Assembly: GCA_043228905.1 (NCBI GenBank) | Contig: JBHGNT010000008.1 | Location: forward strand, 8,184,001 to 8,248,000 | Origin: Azolla caroliniana | Lineage: Eukaryota; Plantae; Polypodiophyta | Reading direction: 5' to 3' | DNA length: 64,000 bases | In this document: positions 27,401 through 40,676 of the stretch, one piece after another | How the letters are laid out: each line of letters opens with the position of its first letter | Numbering within the stretch: the stretch's first letter is position 1 | Translations under genes and position numbers: made by a program | The notes under the pieces: generated by a model | Seen by the model: the letters and a program-made list of their open reading frames with translations, nothing else | Databases searched by the model: none | Told to the model about the DNA's origin: nothing

Positions 27401-29944
27401 CTGTGTGTACTAGTTCCAGTGCAACTTCTCTTCTTCTTGGTGGTCTTGAGTGGAATGCCGCCCTGTTTTGCTTTCCAGCTAAGCAGTCGACACACTTCTC
27501 CAGGTGCACTCCCTTGACTTCTAGTAGAAGTTTCTGGTCAGCTAACAGGTGCATTCCCTTCTCACTCATGTGGCCTAGCCTCTTATGCCATATCTCACCT
27601 GCTGAGTCAGCTACCACATTTACTTCCGATTTGCACAATCGGGCATGCATCATGTACAATGTGCCTTCTTTCTGTGCTCGAGCCACTATAAGATTTCCTC
27701 GACAGAACTTCCACTTGTCATTCCGAAAGCTACCATTGTAGCCTTCGTCATCAAGTCTTCCAGTCGATATCAGATTCAATATAATATCGGGGACGTGTCG
27801 AACATCCTTCAATGTTAGTCGACACCTTGTCGACGTCATCAAGCTGACACTTCTGACTCCAATTAACTTGCACTCTCCACTATCACCCACCTTTACATAA
27901 CCATGATCCCTAGCTATGTAAGTCGAGAAATACTCTCTCGACAGAGTAATATGGAAGGATGCGCCGGAGTCGATCACCCAAGTGCATTCTTCACTCGCAA
28001 GATTTGCACTTTGTAAACGATTACTTGCGGAAGCGTTAGAAAATAGTGAAGGTAGGGAATACACAGAGTACACGGGAGGGACAGAGAGAGCAGAACTTCA
28101 AGGCTATATTCAAAAACAATAAAAACACTTTGTACATACAACTATGCTCAATAGCATTATTTATACAAGTCCTCGTGGGACTGACAGAAGTACCGCGTAC
28201 TTCAATGCTCACACGAGCATCTGACATTTACTACGAGACTATAATTGCCTAGTAGTCTACACTAATACTAGGCTTCTGGTTACTAATTGGATCCGGCTAA
28301 CCGACTCCCCAGCTCACCAACTCTGTTGCTTGCCAGCTCGGTTGCTCACAGCTTACTGATCCGTCTCGCTTGCTGGCTCATGCTTATTCAGCCGATCCGG
28401 CTCCAGTTGACATGCCGCTCAACACACTTGTTTGCTCACAAATGAACAGGAGTTCTTCATTGCTCGTAGCAATGGCCGAGGTGTTCTTCTCATCAGGAAT
28501 CTTCCTGGGTTCAACATTGTTTCCGACACTCTTGTCTCTTCTCATGTGTCGGCAGTCCTTTTGGAAGTGTCCAGGTTTTCCACAATAAAAGCACACTGGC
28601 TTACCTCTAGACTTCGATCTGGCGTGGGATTTTTCCGTTTGTTGCGGACTTCTTCTTCGCCGGTCCCTGCCTTTGTCCATATGTTGAGTCAGATTCGACT
28701 CCATTTGGGACAGGACTCCTTTTTCTTTCCTCCTTGCCTCCTCATTTAGGATGCTTGTCTTCACCGTCTGTAAAGACAAGTTCTCTTCTTGACTGGAGGT
28801 GCTAAGAGTAACCACTAGGTTCTCCTAGATGTCCGGCAATGTACACATCAGCAGGATGGCCTGCATTGCGTCATCAAGGGGAAACTTGGTCGCAACAAGT
28901 TGATTTACATACCCCATGAATGTGTTGATGTGTTCGACGATGCTCTCACCATCTCTGTATTTCAACCGCACGATTTTTCTCATTAGCGAGGTTCTATTTA
29001 GCGCATTCTTCCTCTCATAAAGACCCGATAGTTTCTGCCACATCTCGTGGGCATTTGTGTCGTTCGCTACATGCTGAAGCACACTTACATCTACGCATTG
29101 TTAGATAGTGGCTACCACCTTTCTATTCAGAAGCTTCCAGTCCGACTCCAATACCCCCCTGGGTATATCTGCTTTGTCGATTGGCTCGTATAGGTCTTTT
29201 ACTATGAGAAGGTCTTCCATCTTGATCTTCCAGTCTGCATAGTTCTAACAGTTGAGAACTATCATTCCTAGGAAGCCACTCACACCTCCTTCCATGTTTG
29301 CACCTCAAGCTCCGATACCAGTTTGTTGAGAAATTGTTTCAGAATTTAAATCACAATGAACAGACAATGTTGAAATACGAATCACAAACAAAACAAGATA
29401 GACAACTATGCACAGAGATTTACATGGAAACCCTAAAATGGGAGAAAACCACGACAATAGATCTTCATTATGGATAGTGGATATACAACACTGAGAGGGT
29501 TACAACACTCTGTCGAGTGTATCAGCCACGCAGGGCTCTTCGCGTCTGTTGTTACTCACACAGCTATGGCGTGGCACACACTTCTATCTTACACTCACAG
29601 TTATGTTCTCTTCTATTCTACATCTTAAAGTTTTCCCTAATTGCATATATACTTACACAACTTTCTGGCTATTTACATATCTAGCCCTCATGGGCCACAC
29701 ATTGAGACTATTTACAAGTATACTCTCCTGAGTTGGCTATATACACGAATCGGGTTTCGGCCTCGGCCGAGTCCCTCATCAACTCGGCTCCTCTCTCTCC
29801 CCATCCGGAGTGACTTGTTTCCTAACATCATCATTATAATAACAATTGAATTCTCAAACAATCGAATCACTAATTTCGACCCTTCGACAGTCGGCTTTCC
29901 GAACAATTGGCTCTTCCTCCCACTAGAGGGACATATTCCCAACA
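24460..29944 (-). mobile_element. Ty1/copia element D (Tnt1/Tork-like), decayed: 5' LTR 29324-29944, PBS-Met, gag-pol, truncated 3' LTR 24460-24791
   Basis: CFYCGKPGHFQKDC, WVIDSGASFH, integrase, RT and RNase H fragments; matching LTRs. Confidence 0.93.
28012..28424 (-). mobile_element. Solo LTR with 5-bp TSD CACTT inside copia D
   Basis: TG..CA ends, CACTT on both sides; homologous to 31803-32084 and 62523-62713. Confidence 0.9.
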
Positions 29945-31715
29945 TACCCTACCTCAAGGAGGAACCAATTCGGTAGCACACATGGTGAACGCGATGAAAA
30001 ACGTATTGAGGAATTGCATCCCGGACATCACTATGCCGTTTTTGGAAGACATCCTGATCAAGGGATGTCCAAAGGACGCAAAACATGAGTCAATCGGAGC
30101 GGACGGATGTCGAAAGTTTGTCGTGGACCACATCTCCGATTGCGAGAAGATACTGCAAAGGCTTGAGGGCGCTCGGCTTACCTTCTCCGGGGAGAAGTCG
30201 GCATTTGGACAATCAGAGATCCTAGTGGTCGTACACCTCTACGGACCATACAGCCAAAAATCATCTCTGGCGAAGGTAGAGGCCATCTTGACAATGAAGG
30301 GGGAGTGTAGGTCGGTCACAGAAGCCTGACGGTTCCTGGGAGCGTGCGCCTTCTACCACATTTGGATTCTGCACTACGCGCATATCGCCGAACCGCTCTA
30401 TGGCTTGGTGAAGAAAAACCGAAAATTCAAATGGAGTGACGAGCACACAGAGGTAGTCTGTAGACTGAAGGAGATGCTAACAACGGCCCCGACTCTCCAA
30501 AAAGTGATATACAAGGCGGACACGCCAATGGTTGACATAAGTTCAACCAGAATCGGGTGGGAGGTCAATCCAGAGGACGAAGCTGGTACACAGTTCCCCA
30601 TTGGCTCAGTGCGAAGGTGTTAAGTGAGTGGTAGCGAGGATATGCCCAAGTTAAACAAGAATTGTGGGGTATTGTTTCGGCGGTCAAGATCGACAAGGAG
30701 TAATTGATTGAGATAGAGGTAATCATAGAGATGGACTTCCTACTGATTGTCGGTATGGTTTCCGGATGCACGACTCCGGACTTGGCGATGCTCAGGTGGA
30801 TCACGTACATCAAGTCCCTGAATCCGGAGATTCGGCACATCTCCGGAAAGGACAACGCCATGGTCGATATGCTTTCAAGAACGAGGTTTGATAACGAAGA
30901 AGGCATGGTGTCGGAAGACGAAGAAGTCGGCGTGGACTTCTTCAAGTCGGCTCGAATGTCGGCAAACCAACAGAGCACTCCAGCCCTGAACGAGTTCGAC
31001 GAAAACGACTACAATAGGGAGTGGCTCTACATCGGTAAGTTCCTGAGCACTATGGCACCGGACATGTCGTGGACAAAGGAGGAAGTGAGTCAGATCAAGA
31101 AGAAAGCTTACCGGTTCTTCCAAAGGAACGGTAAGATCTCGCGACATCCGAAGCAGCGGGCCAACACACCACTCCAGGTGGTGGTGAAAGGGGAGGAGTA
31201 GTTAGTGCTCATGTCGGAATTTCATGAAAGCCCCTGGTCCGGACACCGAGGCACATGGGCCACATTCGAGAAGTTGAAAGAGAAGTAGTGGTGATCGGGA
31301 ATGTATCGTGATCTGCACCACTTCGTGACGACATGCGAGAGTTGTCAAATGCATTCCGGAACACGACACCGCGATGAGTTGCACCCGACATACCCGCCAG
31401 CCATTCACTTTAAGTGGACGGTCGATTTAGTGACAATGGCGATGGGGGTGGGACAGGTGCGATACGTGGTGCTTGCACTGGAGAACCTTACGAACCAAGT
31501 GGAGGGTCGAGTCTTGCCAAATAAGACGATGCAGTCGTGTGCCGATTCTTGATCGAGGATGTGATCTGACAGTACGGGTGTGTGGGGAAGATTGTGGTTG
31601 ACCGAGGGGAGTTGGACACGTGGGAAGTAGAGGAGTTGTTCGACCGCCTAGGGGTCAAACTCTCCCTCACCACGGCGTATAATCCGGAAGCCAACAAGAA
31701 GGTCGAACGCGGGTC
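29945..31715 (+). mobile_element. Decayed pol fragment of the same gypsy family as 16411-23368
   Basis: LPQGGTNSVAHM, HRDELHPTYPP and other motifs nearly identical to 17666-19520. Confidence 0.9.
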
Positions 31716-31790
31716 TCTTTTGTTCTTTATTGGTGATTAGGGTTTGTCTATTTCGAGCAATTGTCAGCAGTAGAGGTTCTCAACCCTTGC

Positions 31791-32084
31791 GCTCTGATAC
31801 CATGTAAGAATAGCATGCGGAAGCTTGTAGACAAACCGGCTCAGTCAGATTACAACAGTAAAACAAAGAATGAAGGTTTAATGGAAAGCTTGAGTACACG
31901 GGAGAGACATAGAGAGAGAAGAACAGAACTCAATTCAAGATAATAATACTCTCTATACATACATATGTCCTACATAACACTTTTTATACAAGTCCTTAAA
32001 AGGACTGATAGAAGTACTGACAAGTACTTCAATGCTTACACGAGCGATTGACACTAACTCCAAGGAATATGCCTACTTACTAGG
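31791..32084 (-). mobile_element. PBS-Met plus 3' part of a 5' LTR (28012 family), split by copia X
   Basis: GCTCTGATACCA then TGTAAG..; homology to the 28012 solo LTR. Confidence 0.8.
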
Positions 32085-33978
32085 TGTTGGGAAACATGTC
32101 CCTCCGGATGGGAAGAGAAGTACCGTGTTGGTGAGTATCTAGGCCGAGGCCGAAACCGAAATCGAAATCGTTTCGGAAGACTATAATTGTAAATAGTCAA
32201 AAATGCCTCATGGGGCTATACTTGTAGATAGCTAGAAAATTGCTTTGGTTTATAAGCAACTAGGGAAAACTTTATAATATGATGTAGTTGATCATTAGTA
32301 TAAAGTTAGAACGAGGTAGTTACCTCTGTAATTGTGAGTGAGAGAGGGAGAGTGTAACTTTGTAGCCGTCTATCAGACGAAGGAGAACCGTAGGTCGCTG
32401 CCTCCGAGTTCCGTATTTGTACTTCGTCTCTACTATAGTGATATGTGTTCTTGGGGTTTTTTGACCCCCGTGGTTTTTCCCATTTCGGGTTTTCTACGTA
32501 AAATATCGGTGTCTCTGTGTCTTCACGTTTTACTTGTCTGTGTACTAGTTCTTGGTTTCTGCACACAAATACGAACGTGAAACCGGTTGTGGCCGGTCAA
32601 TTCCTTACAAAGTGGTATCATAGTGATGGTAGACTCATTCAACGGCATGTTTAAGCTAACCGACTCCAACTACTCAGTGTGGAAGTAGAAGATGAGAGAC
32701 ATGCTCGTGTGCAAAGACCTCTGGTTGCCTGTACAGTTCGAGGATAAAAGTCCAGACAAGATCGATGCAACGACTTGGGAAGTGTTGCATCTGAAGGCGG
32801 GCCCATATACATAAGGTGTTTTATAGACATGAGTCTATACAACAACTTCGGTGAAGAAACAGAAGCAGGCCTCCTATGGAAGAAGATCGGCGTCATGTTC
32901 AAAAACAATAACATCGTGAACCGTCTCAATATTTCAAAAAATCGTGAGGCTCCGGTATCAAGATGGCTCCATTATGGCGGAGCACATCAATGCCTTCCAA
33001 GGATTGATGAACCAAACCACCTCTCTAGAAGTACCTTTAGCTGACGAGGTATTAGCATTATTGTTGTTGGGATCCCTTCTGGACAGTTGGGAGATGCTCG
33101 TTGTCACTTTGGGCAACGTTGGGCCTGAAGGGAAGCATCTACCCCTAGAGCAGTTGAAGTCAAGCTTGTTGAATGAAGAAGCTCGTCAAAAGGACCATGA
33201 GTCCAATACTGACCAAAAGGCCTTAGTCACGAAAGGTGACACGATTCAGGGAAGAGGCCGAAATCGAAGTCCCCAAAACCAAGATAAGTCGGGGACCAGG
33301 TCGAAGTGCTTCTATTGTGGAAAGTTGGGGTGCTTCCAGAAAAACTTTCGACACTTTCGAAAGGAGAGAGGGGGAGCTGATGGTGTAGAGCCGAAGAAAA
33401 TCCCGGACAAGAAGAACACTTCATCAATCACCGCAAGTGAGGAGGAGTTGTTGCTCATAAGTGAGCAAAACGAAGTGAATCTCCCAGGTGAAGAATCAAC
33501 ATGGGTGGTCGATTCGGGTGCGTCGTTTCACCTAACCCCTGACCAAAAGTGCTTCTCATCCTACAGAGCTAGAGATCTCGGATCTGTAAAGATGGGAAAT
33601 GAAGGATCAAGCTGAATTGTCGGTATTGGAGATGTGTGTTTGGAAACTTCAACCGGGTGTAGACTCGTGTTGAGAGATGTACGACACGTTTCGAAGGTTC
33701 GATTGAACCTAATATCAGTCGGTCGGCTAGATGATGAAGGCTACACGGGTAGTATCCGAAACGGTGTCATGAAGTTCTGCCGAGGAAACTTGATCATGGC
33801 TTGAGCCCGGAAAACCAACACATTGTACATAATGAATGCTCGAATATGCTGAGGGGAAGCAAACGTGCAGCCGACACAATCGGTGAACTGTGGCACAGGA
33901 GGTTGTGCCATATGAGCCAGAAGGGGATGTGAAAGCTTTCCGAGGACAACCTCATTCCTAAGGTGAAGAACGTGCATT
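32085..33978 (+). mobile_element. Copia element X, 5' half: LTR 32085-32609, PBS, gag-PR-GAG-pre-integrase
   Basis: TG..CA LTR, TGGTATCA PBS, CFYCGKLGCFQKN, WVVDSGASFH. Confidence 0.9.
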
Positions 33979-34057
33979 TTTCTTGTGTGGCTCTCCTTGG
34001 GGAATGGTAGTCGATGTTGTTTGCTGAGTTGACATGCTTCGCATACTCAGTCGACTC

Positions 34058-34995
34058 TGTTGGCAGGCCGACAAGGCAAAAAGGGCCGGTTAGAGTCCAG
34101 AATGTAAAAGGCGTATTAATTAGGAATAGGGAGTTGAAATTAATAAGTGTTATGAAATTAATTAGTATTATGAGAATTAATAAGTATTATCCTATTTTGA
34201 GAAGCGGACAGACGGACCCAGAATTAGTATGCCGATTTGGATCTGGACCGGATCGTTGCCGGTTGCCAGTTGGCACCGGTTTGTAACTCAGTCAGAGACC
34301 TATAAAAGGACCCGGCAAGAATGTAATCAAGGAAGGATAATTAATAGAAGTGTTGTTGTTTTGCATATGATTAAGTGTCTATCTGATTACCGTTTTGTGC
34401 TTAAGTTAATTCATCTTATGCGTGTATTACAATCATTAACCGTGCGGGTTAATGATCGCCAAAACTATGTTATCCCTTAGGTTGGATAAGCCTTAAGACA
34501 GGGTGTCCCTATGGAACACTTCACCAAAGGGTGGTATGGGAAGATATGAATGGACCGTGATAGTGAACGGGTCTTAACCGGTTACTAACCCGCACGGTTA
34601 ATGATCGTAATACACGCATAAGATGAATTAACTTAAGCACCGAACAGTAATCAGATAGACACTTAATCAGATAGACACTTAATCATATGCAAAACAATAA
34701 CACTTCTATTAATTATCTGTCCTTGATTACATTCTTGTCGGGTCCTTTTATAGGTCTCCGACTGAGTTACAAACCGGTGCCAACCGGCAACCAGCAACGA
34801 TCGTGTCTGGATCCGAATCGGCATACTGATTCTAGGTTCGTCCGTCCGCTTCTCAAAATAGCATAATACTTATTAATTCTCATAATACTAATTAATTTCA
34901 TAACACTTATTAATTTCAACTCCCTATTCCTAATTAATACCCCTTTTACATTTTGGACTCTAACCGACCCTTTTTGCATTGCCGGCCGGCCAACA
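34058..34995. repeat. Inverted pair of gypsy LTRs (arms 34058-34451 and 34586-34995)
   Basis: ~395-bp reverse-complement match; near-identical peptides in ORFs 34014+ and 34767-. Confidence 0.93.
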
Positions 34996-36514
34996 ATGAA
35001 TTCATCAAGACATGTGATACTTGTGCTAGATCCAAAGTCATCCACCATAGGCCATATGGGTTGCTCCAACCACTTCCCATTCCCAACCGGCCTTGGGCAT
35101 CAATTTCCATGGACTTCATCACTAACTTGCCTCTTGTCCAATAATATGACACGGTGCTCGTCATGGTAGATTGGTTTACAAAGATGGCTCATTTTGCCCC
35201 TTGTGCAAAGACTATTTCAGCAGAAGCAACAACCGATCTATTTTTAAAGGTGCGGCTTCATGGGGAACTCAATGATGTCACCTCAGATCGCGAACCCCAA
35301 TTTGTCTCTCATTTTTGGCGGCGGCTCCTTCAAACATTGGGCACAATAGTGAATTTGTCTTCATCCTATCATCCTCAAACCGATGGCCAAACGGAGTGGG
35401 TGAACCAAATTCTTGAGCAATACCTTCAATGATTGGGTTGACCTCCTACCCTTGGCAGAGTTCACATATAATAATACACTACATGGTTCAACTGGGATCA
35501 CCCCATTTTTCGCCAACTATGGTTTCCATCCTCGCTTCAGTATTTCCATCCTTGGCAACTCTGTCAACCCGTCCATGGTCGGAAGGACGTGCTCGTATTT
35601 TAGCCGGCATTCATCAAGACCTCTCCCTCGAACTCATCCTTGCAAGGGACCGGTATAAAGCGCAAGCTGATCGACATTGTTCCGCGACACCCGCCGTTGC
35701 AATTGGTGATCAAGTTTGGCTCTTACGTCTCCATGTTGGTACTACTTGACCTTGCGGAAAGTTGGATTACAAGAAGTTGGGGCCTTTCCACATCATTGAG
35801 TGTGTCAATCCCGTCACTTTCCAGCTGGAACTTCCTCCACATTTCCGGATTCATAATGTCTTCCATGCCTCTCTTCTCGAACCTATCATCCATCCACTAT
35901 TTCTAGAAGACACTCTCCACCTCCACCTCCAATTGAGCTTTCCACAGGTGAGGAGTATGAGGTGGACAAGATTCTAGACTCTCATTGGCATCGACGACAA
36001 CTTCAATACTTAGTCCTATGGAAATGGTATCCCATTTCAGAGGCAACTTGGGAACCAACCCAACACTCGGAGAATGCACCCGATGTTGTTCATGCATTTC
36101 ATCACCAATATCTACAAAAACCGAGGAGGCATCTTCGGAGGCAACCTTAGCAAGGGGATAATGTCATGTCATGATTTGAACTCTTGACCTACTATATTTA
36201 ATCGATATGTTTTAACCAATACATCCAATACATAATCATGTTACCTTACTAGATTATTGTAGATTATCTATTCTACATGTAGGATTTCAGAAGCTTCCAG
36301 AAAGCTCCAGAAACTAGAACATTCTAGAAGATTGTGCATGAAAATGAGTCTTTGCTTGGGTCTACATTTAGATCCCATAAACATGTATAAATACAGGGGT
36401 TCACCTTGGCCTTAGTCAAGGTGAACAACACCAGTTACGGAATCATAATTCAATTCTTATTCTCTTGACTACTTTCTCTCTCTCTTTCTTATTATTTTGT
36501 CTATGATCTCTCTC
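34996..36514 (+). mobile_element. Chromoviral gypsy 3' end: integrase, chromodomain, PPT, partial LTR from ~36162
   Basis: [60 protein letters not shown]...EATWEP. Confidence 0.9.
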
Positions 36515-38358
36515 TCACTCTCTTAGTATTGAGCCTCGTCTATTTGTCCGTGACAACCTCCTCATGTCGGTCACTCTTCTGATCCGCTCGTTGAGCCTTA
36601 TCGTTCTGGCCTTGAGTGCGCGGCAATCGACTTGGATGTGTCCGGGTTTCTTGCAATAGTTGCATACTCGATTATCCCGGGACTTGGTCCAACTTCGTTG
36701 GTTGTTAGGTTGCCATGAAGAACCTCTTCCTCTATAGTTCGATCGGTCGGCCGAACCTTGTACTACATACACGTTATTGGCCAAATCATTTGCAAAAGAT
36801 TTCCTCCGAGTTGCTTCTGTCAGAATTGCGCTTGTGACTGAGGAGTATTTAATGGCTGTAGTCGATGCATTGCACACGGTTGTGATGAAAGTTTCCCACG
36901 AAGGAGGGAGACTACTCATAAGCAACATTTCTCTTAGTTCTTCCTCGATAGTCCTCCCCTCTCCTTGAGGTGTGCATGGACCGAATCGGATTATTTCATC
37001 CGAAGGTTATAGAGGCATCGTATCAAATATATCTTCGTGACGACGACCTTCTTTTCGTAAGTGTCTGAAAGTGTCTTCCATAGTTGGAAGGCTGTCGAAC
37101 ACGATTGCACCGTAAAGTACATGGACTCTGATAGGTGCATCCCAATAGTGGCTCGGACAATTCTGTCAAGCTTCTCCCATTCAAGGGGCTTGTATCCTTC
37201 TAGAGCATTTTTGTTTTCGATGGGGTCGATTTGCCCCTTGACTATTAAATAGTCTTGCATCTGCTCCTTCCGGAAGTTGAAGTTCGATCCATCGAACTTC
37301 CTTAGACTCATATCTAACGAGCCGGATGTTGATGCCATCTGTATCGAATTTGGGAGGCTTTGTTCGGGGTTGGTTGCAAACAATGGTTGGGTGCAGCAAA
37401 CTGGCTCACCCGAATTCGTTCTAACCGAGTTTGAACACAAGCCGAATCGGATTCGAAATTCAGGAGACTCGATCCGAAGTGACTATGGTTTCCTAGCCTA
37501 ATCGAGTTGGACCCTAGTATGTCGATTCGATTTCGAATGTCGATTTTTGAGATTTCCGAACACAGAGTATGTGCCGATTATCCAGGCCGATCCTGCTTCA
37601 GGTGACTACGACAATGAGAGGAATAGATTCAGCTAATCTTTCCGAATGTTGTCTAGCCGAATGAAGCACAGAAGGGGGTTGTTCCTGGAGCCCAGACTAC
37701 TACAAGTGATTACGACGAGCGATTGACTAGCATCAGGTGACCTACTCCATCGTTGTCTAATCCAATGTAGTACATCTAAGGCAGAGCTTGTGAAGCGAAA
37801 TCTCACTCCGAGCAACTACAATCACAGGAGTGAAGTGCAGCCGATTGGCTCACTTCAATGGTGATTTAGAATAGTGGAGTGCAGATTTTTCCGGTGTTTC
37901 TCTTCACGAAAAACGATCTTGTAGAGGGTTGCCAACTGAGATCTTCACAATGTACAAAAGAAGAGTTGCTAATGGAGGCAAAGTAGATAGCAGCAGCTAA
38001 ATTGAGAGAATCAAGCTTTGATACCAGATGTTGAGGACGCGGCCGTATAAGTGCAGAACAAACTCAGCACTCTTCCGTAAAGAGACCGTTAACATATGCA
38101 ATGAAGAAGATTGATGGCAACTAGAGACAAATCAAGCAGCAAGATCAATCAATAACGCAAGAGAGAGAGAGACGATTTCCCACAAGGTAAATTATATTTC
38201 AACCACTTTCAACCAACCTGAAACTAGGTTACAAGGTCAGTTTATATACTGACTAACTTAGGGCAACTGCCCTTCTCACTATCTACATAAATGGCCTAAA
38301 CCTCGTGTGTACAAAGAGAGACAATGTGAATACGTCCATTAGAGACCCGCATTCAACA
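36515..38358 (-). mobile_element. Copia 5' end: LTR 38029-38358, PBS-Met, long leader, gag fragment
   Basis: MASTSGSLDMSLRKFDGSNF, CNYCKKPGHIQVDC. Confidence 0.85.
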
Positions 38359-40190
38359 CAACATTACCTTGCATATCCCAAAGAAAGTTTTGAGTACTTC
38401 GCAACTCATCATGATATATATTAACATCAATCGGGGCTCGTGGTTGAAAACCATACATTAACATAAAAGGACTATATCCCGTCGATGTATGTTTGGAGAT
38501 GTTATAAGAAAACTCCAAATTTCGGAGATAATGTTCCCATTTTGTTGGTTTTGCACTAACCTATGCTCGAAGCATGTCCTCAATAATTTGATTTACTCGT
38601 TCTGTCTGTCCATTAGATTGAGGATGATCCGTGGAGCTCATGTTCAATGTAGTTTCCAACTTCTTAAAGACTTGCGTCCAAAAGTCGCTAGTAAACTTTG
38701 GATCTCGATCACTCACAATATCCATCGGTAACCCATAAAAATGAAATAATTCATCAACGAATTGGTAAGCCAATTCAAGAGCTGTTATTGTGGTTTTAGT
38801 AGCAATAAATCTAGCAATTTTAGTTAGTCTATCAACCACAACCTAGATGGCATCATGGCCATTTTGGGTGCTAGGAAGGCTAACAATAAAATCCATGGAT
38901 ATACTTTCCCACTTATTGTTGGGATTTTCCAAGGGATGTAAAAGTCTAGCGGCTTTAAGTCGCTCGACTTTGTTAACTTGACACTAGTGACATTTAGTCA
39001 CATAGCTATGTATGTTAGGACGCATCTTAGGCCTATAGGATTGAGTGGAGATGAGAACGAGTGTGTGATGTATTCCAGGGTGCATCATGGCATTCAAAGA
39101 GAATTCTCTTTTTTACCTCAGGCAAATTTGGAACACAAACCTTCCCATGAGCCGACCGTTAGCAATGCGGAAGGATTCCTTCGAGGTTGTGGTGATGTTT
39201 GTTCCAGACTCAACTCTTGCCCAGTATTTTCCAAAATAATTGTCATCAGGATACTTTAGGGTTTAGGTGATCATAAAGATCTAATGTTATTTCAGTGAAG
39301 CTCAACATGTTAACTTCACGGATGTGACTAAGTGCATAAGGGACAATGTTCATAGAACCTTTACGATATCGTATGGAAAAATCAAAGTCCTAGATGAGAT
39401 CTACCCATCATGCCTTATGACCTTTAAGGTCGTGTTGGTCACAAAAATATTTCAAGGACTCGTGGTCCATAGTTACCACAAAACAATTTCCATAAAGATA
39501 ATGGCACCATGACTTTAGCACATGGATAACTGCAAATAATTTATTTTCTTGAATGGTACACCAACATTAAGCAGAATCAAATTTCTTACTCGCAAATGTT
39601 ATTAGTTTACCATCCCGATATAGGACAACATCGATAAAATAATCACTTGCATCGGTTTCAACTTGAAAAGGCTTCAAAGGATCTGGTAAAAGAAGTGAAG
39701 GAGCCTTGCACAATTGGTCATTGAGTTCCTTAAAGGCGAGGTCTAGTGTAGCATTCCATATTGTCGGTTTTGTAGACTTACGCGTTTGACCTTTCAGAAG
39801 ATCGGTAAAAAGCGTCGTCAATTGGGAGTAATTACGAAGAGATTTTCGCAAAAACCTGACAAAACCAAGGAATGATCAAACTTCTCGAATATTCCAAATA
39901 GTGGGCCAAAGTTTGACTTTCTCAATGCGAGAAGGATCAATTTCAACTCCTTGTTCGGTTATGAGATGTCCCAGATAAGTAATTGACTTCTTGAAGAACT
40001 CACATTTTGAGATCTTCGCATAGAACAGTTTGTCATGCAAGTTTTGTAAAACAAAGTGAACATGTTTAGCATGTTCTTCTAATGTACAACTATAGACTAG
40101 AATATAATCCAAGAAAATCACAAAAAAAAATCCATGTTGTTCTCGAAAGCAAGTCTTCGAAATTTCAAAAACTCTTCGGAATTTTTCCAT
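38359..40190 (-). mobile_element. Decayed chromovirus-like gypsy pol (RT-RH-INT)
   Basis: FLDYILVYS..EEHAKH, FQVETDASD, VDRLTK, IVSDRDPKF, HPQSNGQTE. Confidence 0.85.
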
Positions 40191-40291
40191 GTTGTTTTGG
40201 AAAGTTGATATTGGTGGCCGGGTCTTTTCTTTCAGTCGGTTCTTACTTCTTTTTCAGCTTTCCGATGTTTGTTGCTGCCAGACAACAAGTC

Positions 40292-40676
40292 GCTTTGATA
40301 CCAAATGTTGAAGATGATATGCGGAAGAATAAGTGAGGATATGCAATGTAGTGTAAGTGGCAAACAACAGGTACAAGGTATAGAAGTAGAATGACATGCA
40401 CTTTGTGAAGGAAAATAAGAAATAAGATGCACAGTTGAAGCTCTAATGGAAGACTGTATTTCTCTTTTGTAAAACTTTCTCTCTCACTCATCGTTTACAA
40501 TGCTACAGTTGGGCTTATATACTCAAGCCCTAACTTGAGAACGTGTTCATACTTAAGGATACAAATTGGAAGGAGTCAGCCTTTTATGCCAACAATATAA
40601 TGTTGGGTTTGCTACATCCGCCCAGTAGTGCTTTGACATCTTCTTTTCTTGCATCATCACTCAAGTGATGTTGACA
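40292..40676 (-). mobile_element. PBS-Met plus LTR (40306-~40676) of another element
   Basis: GCTTTGATACCA next to TGTTG; CA end is approximate. Confidence 0.6.

Noticed and set aside
34058-34995. MITE or DNA transposon with long TIRs
   Set aside because: The arms are gypsy LTR sequence with a PBS remnant; no TSD and unrelated flanks
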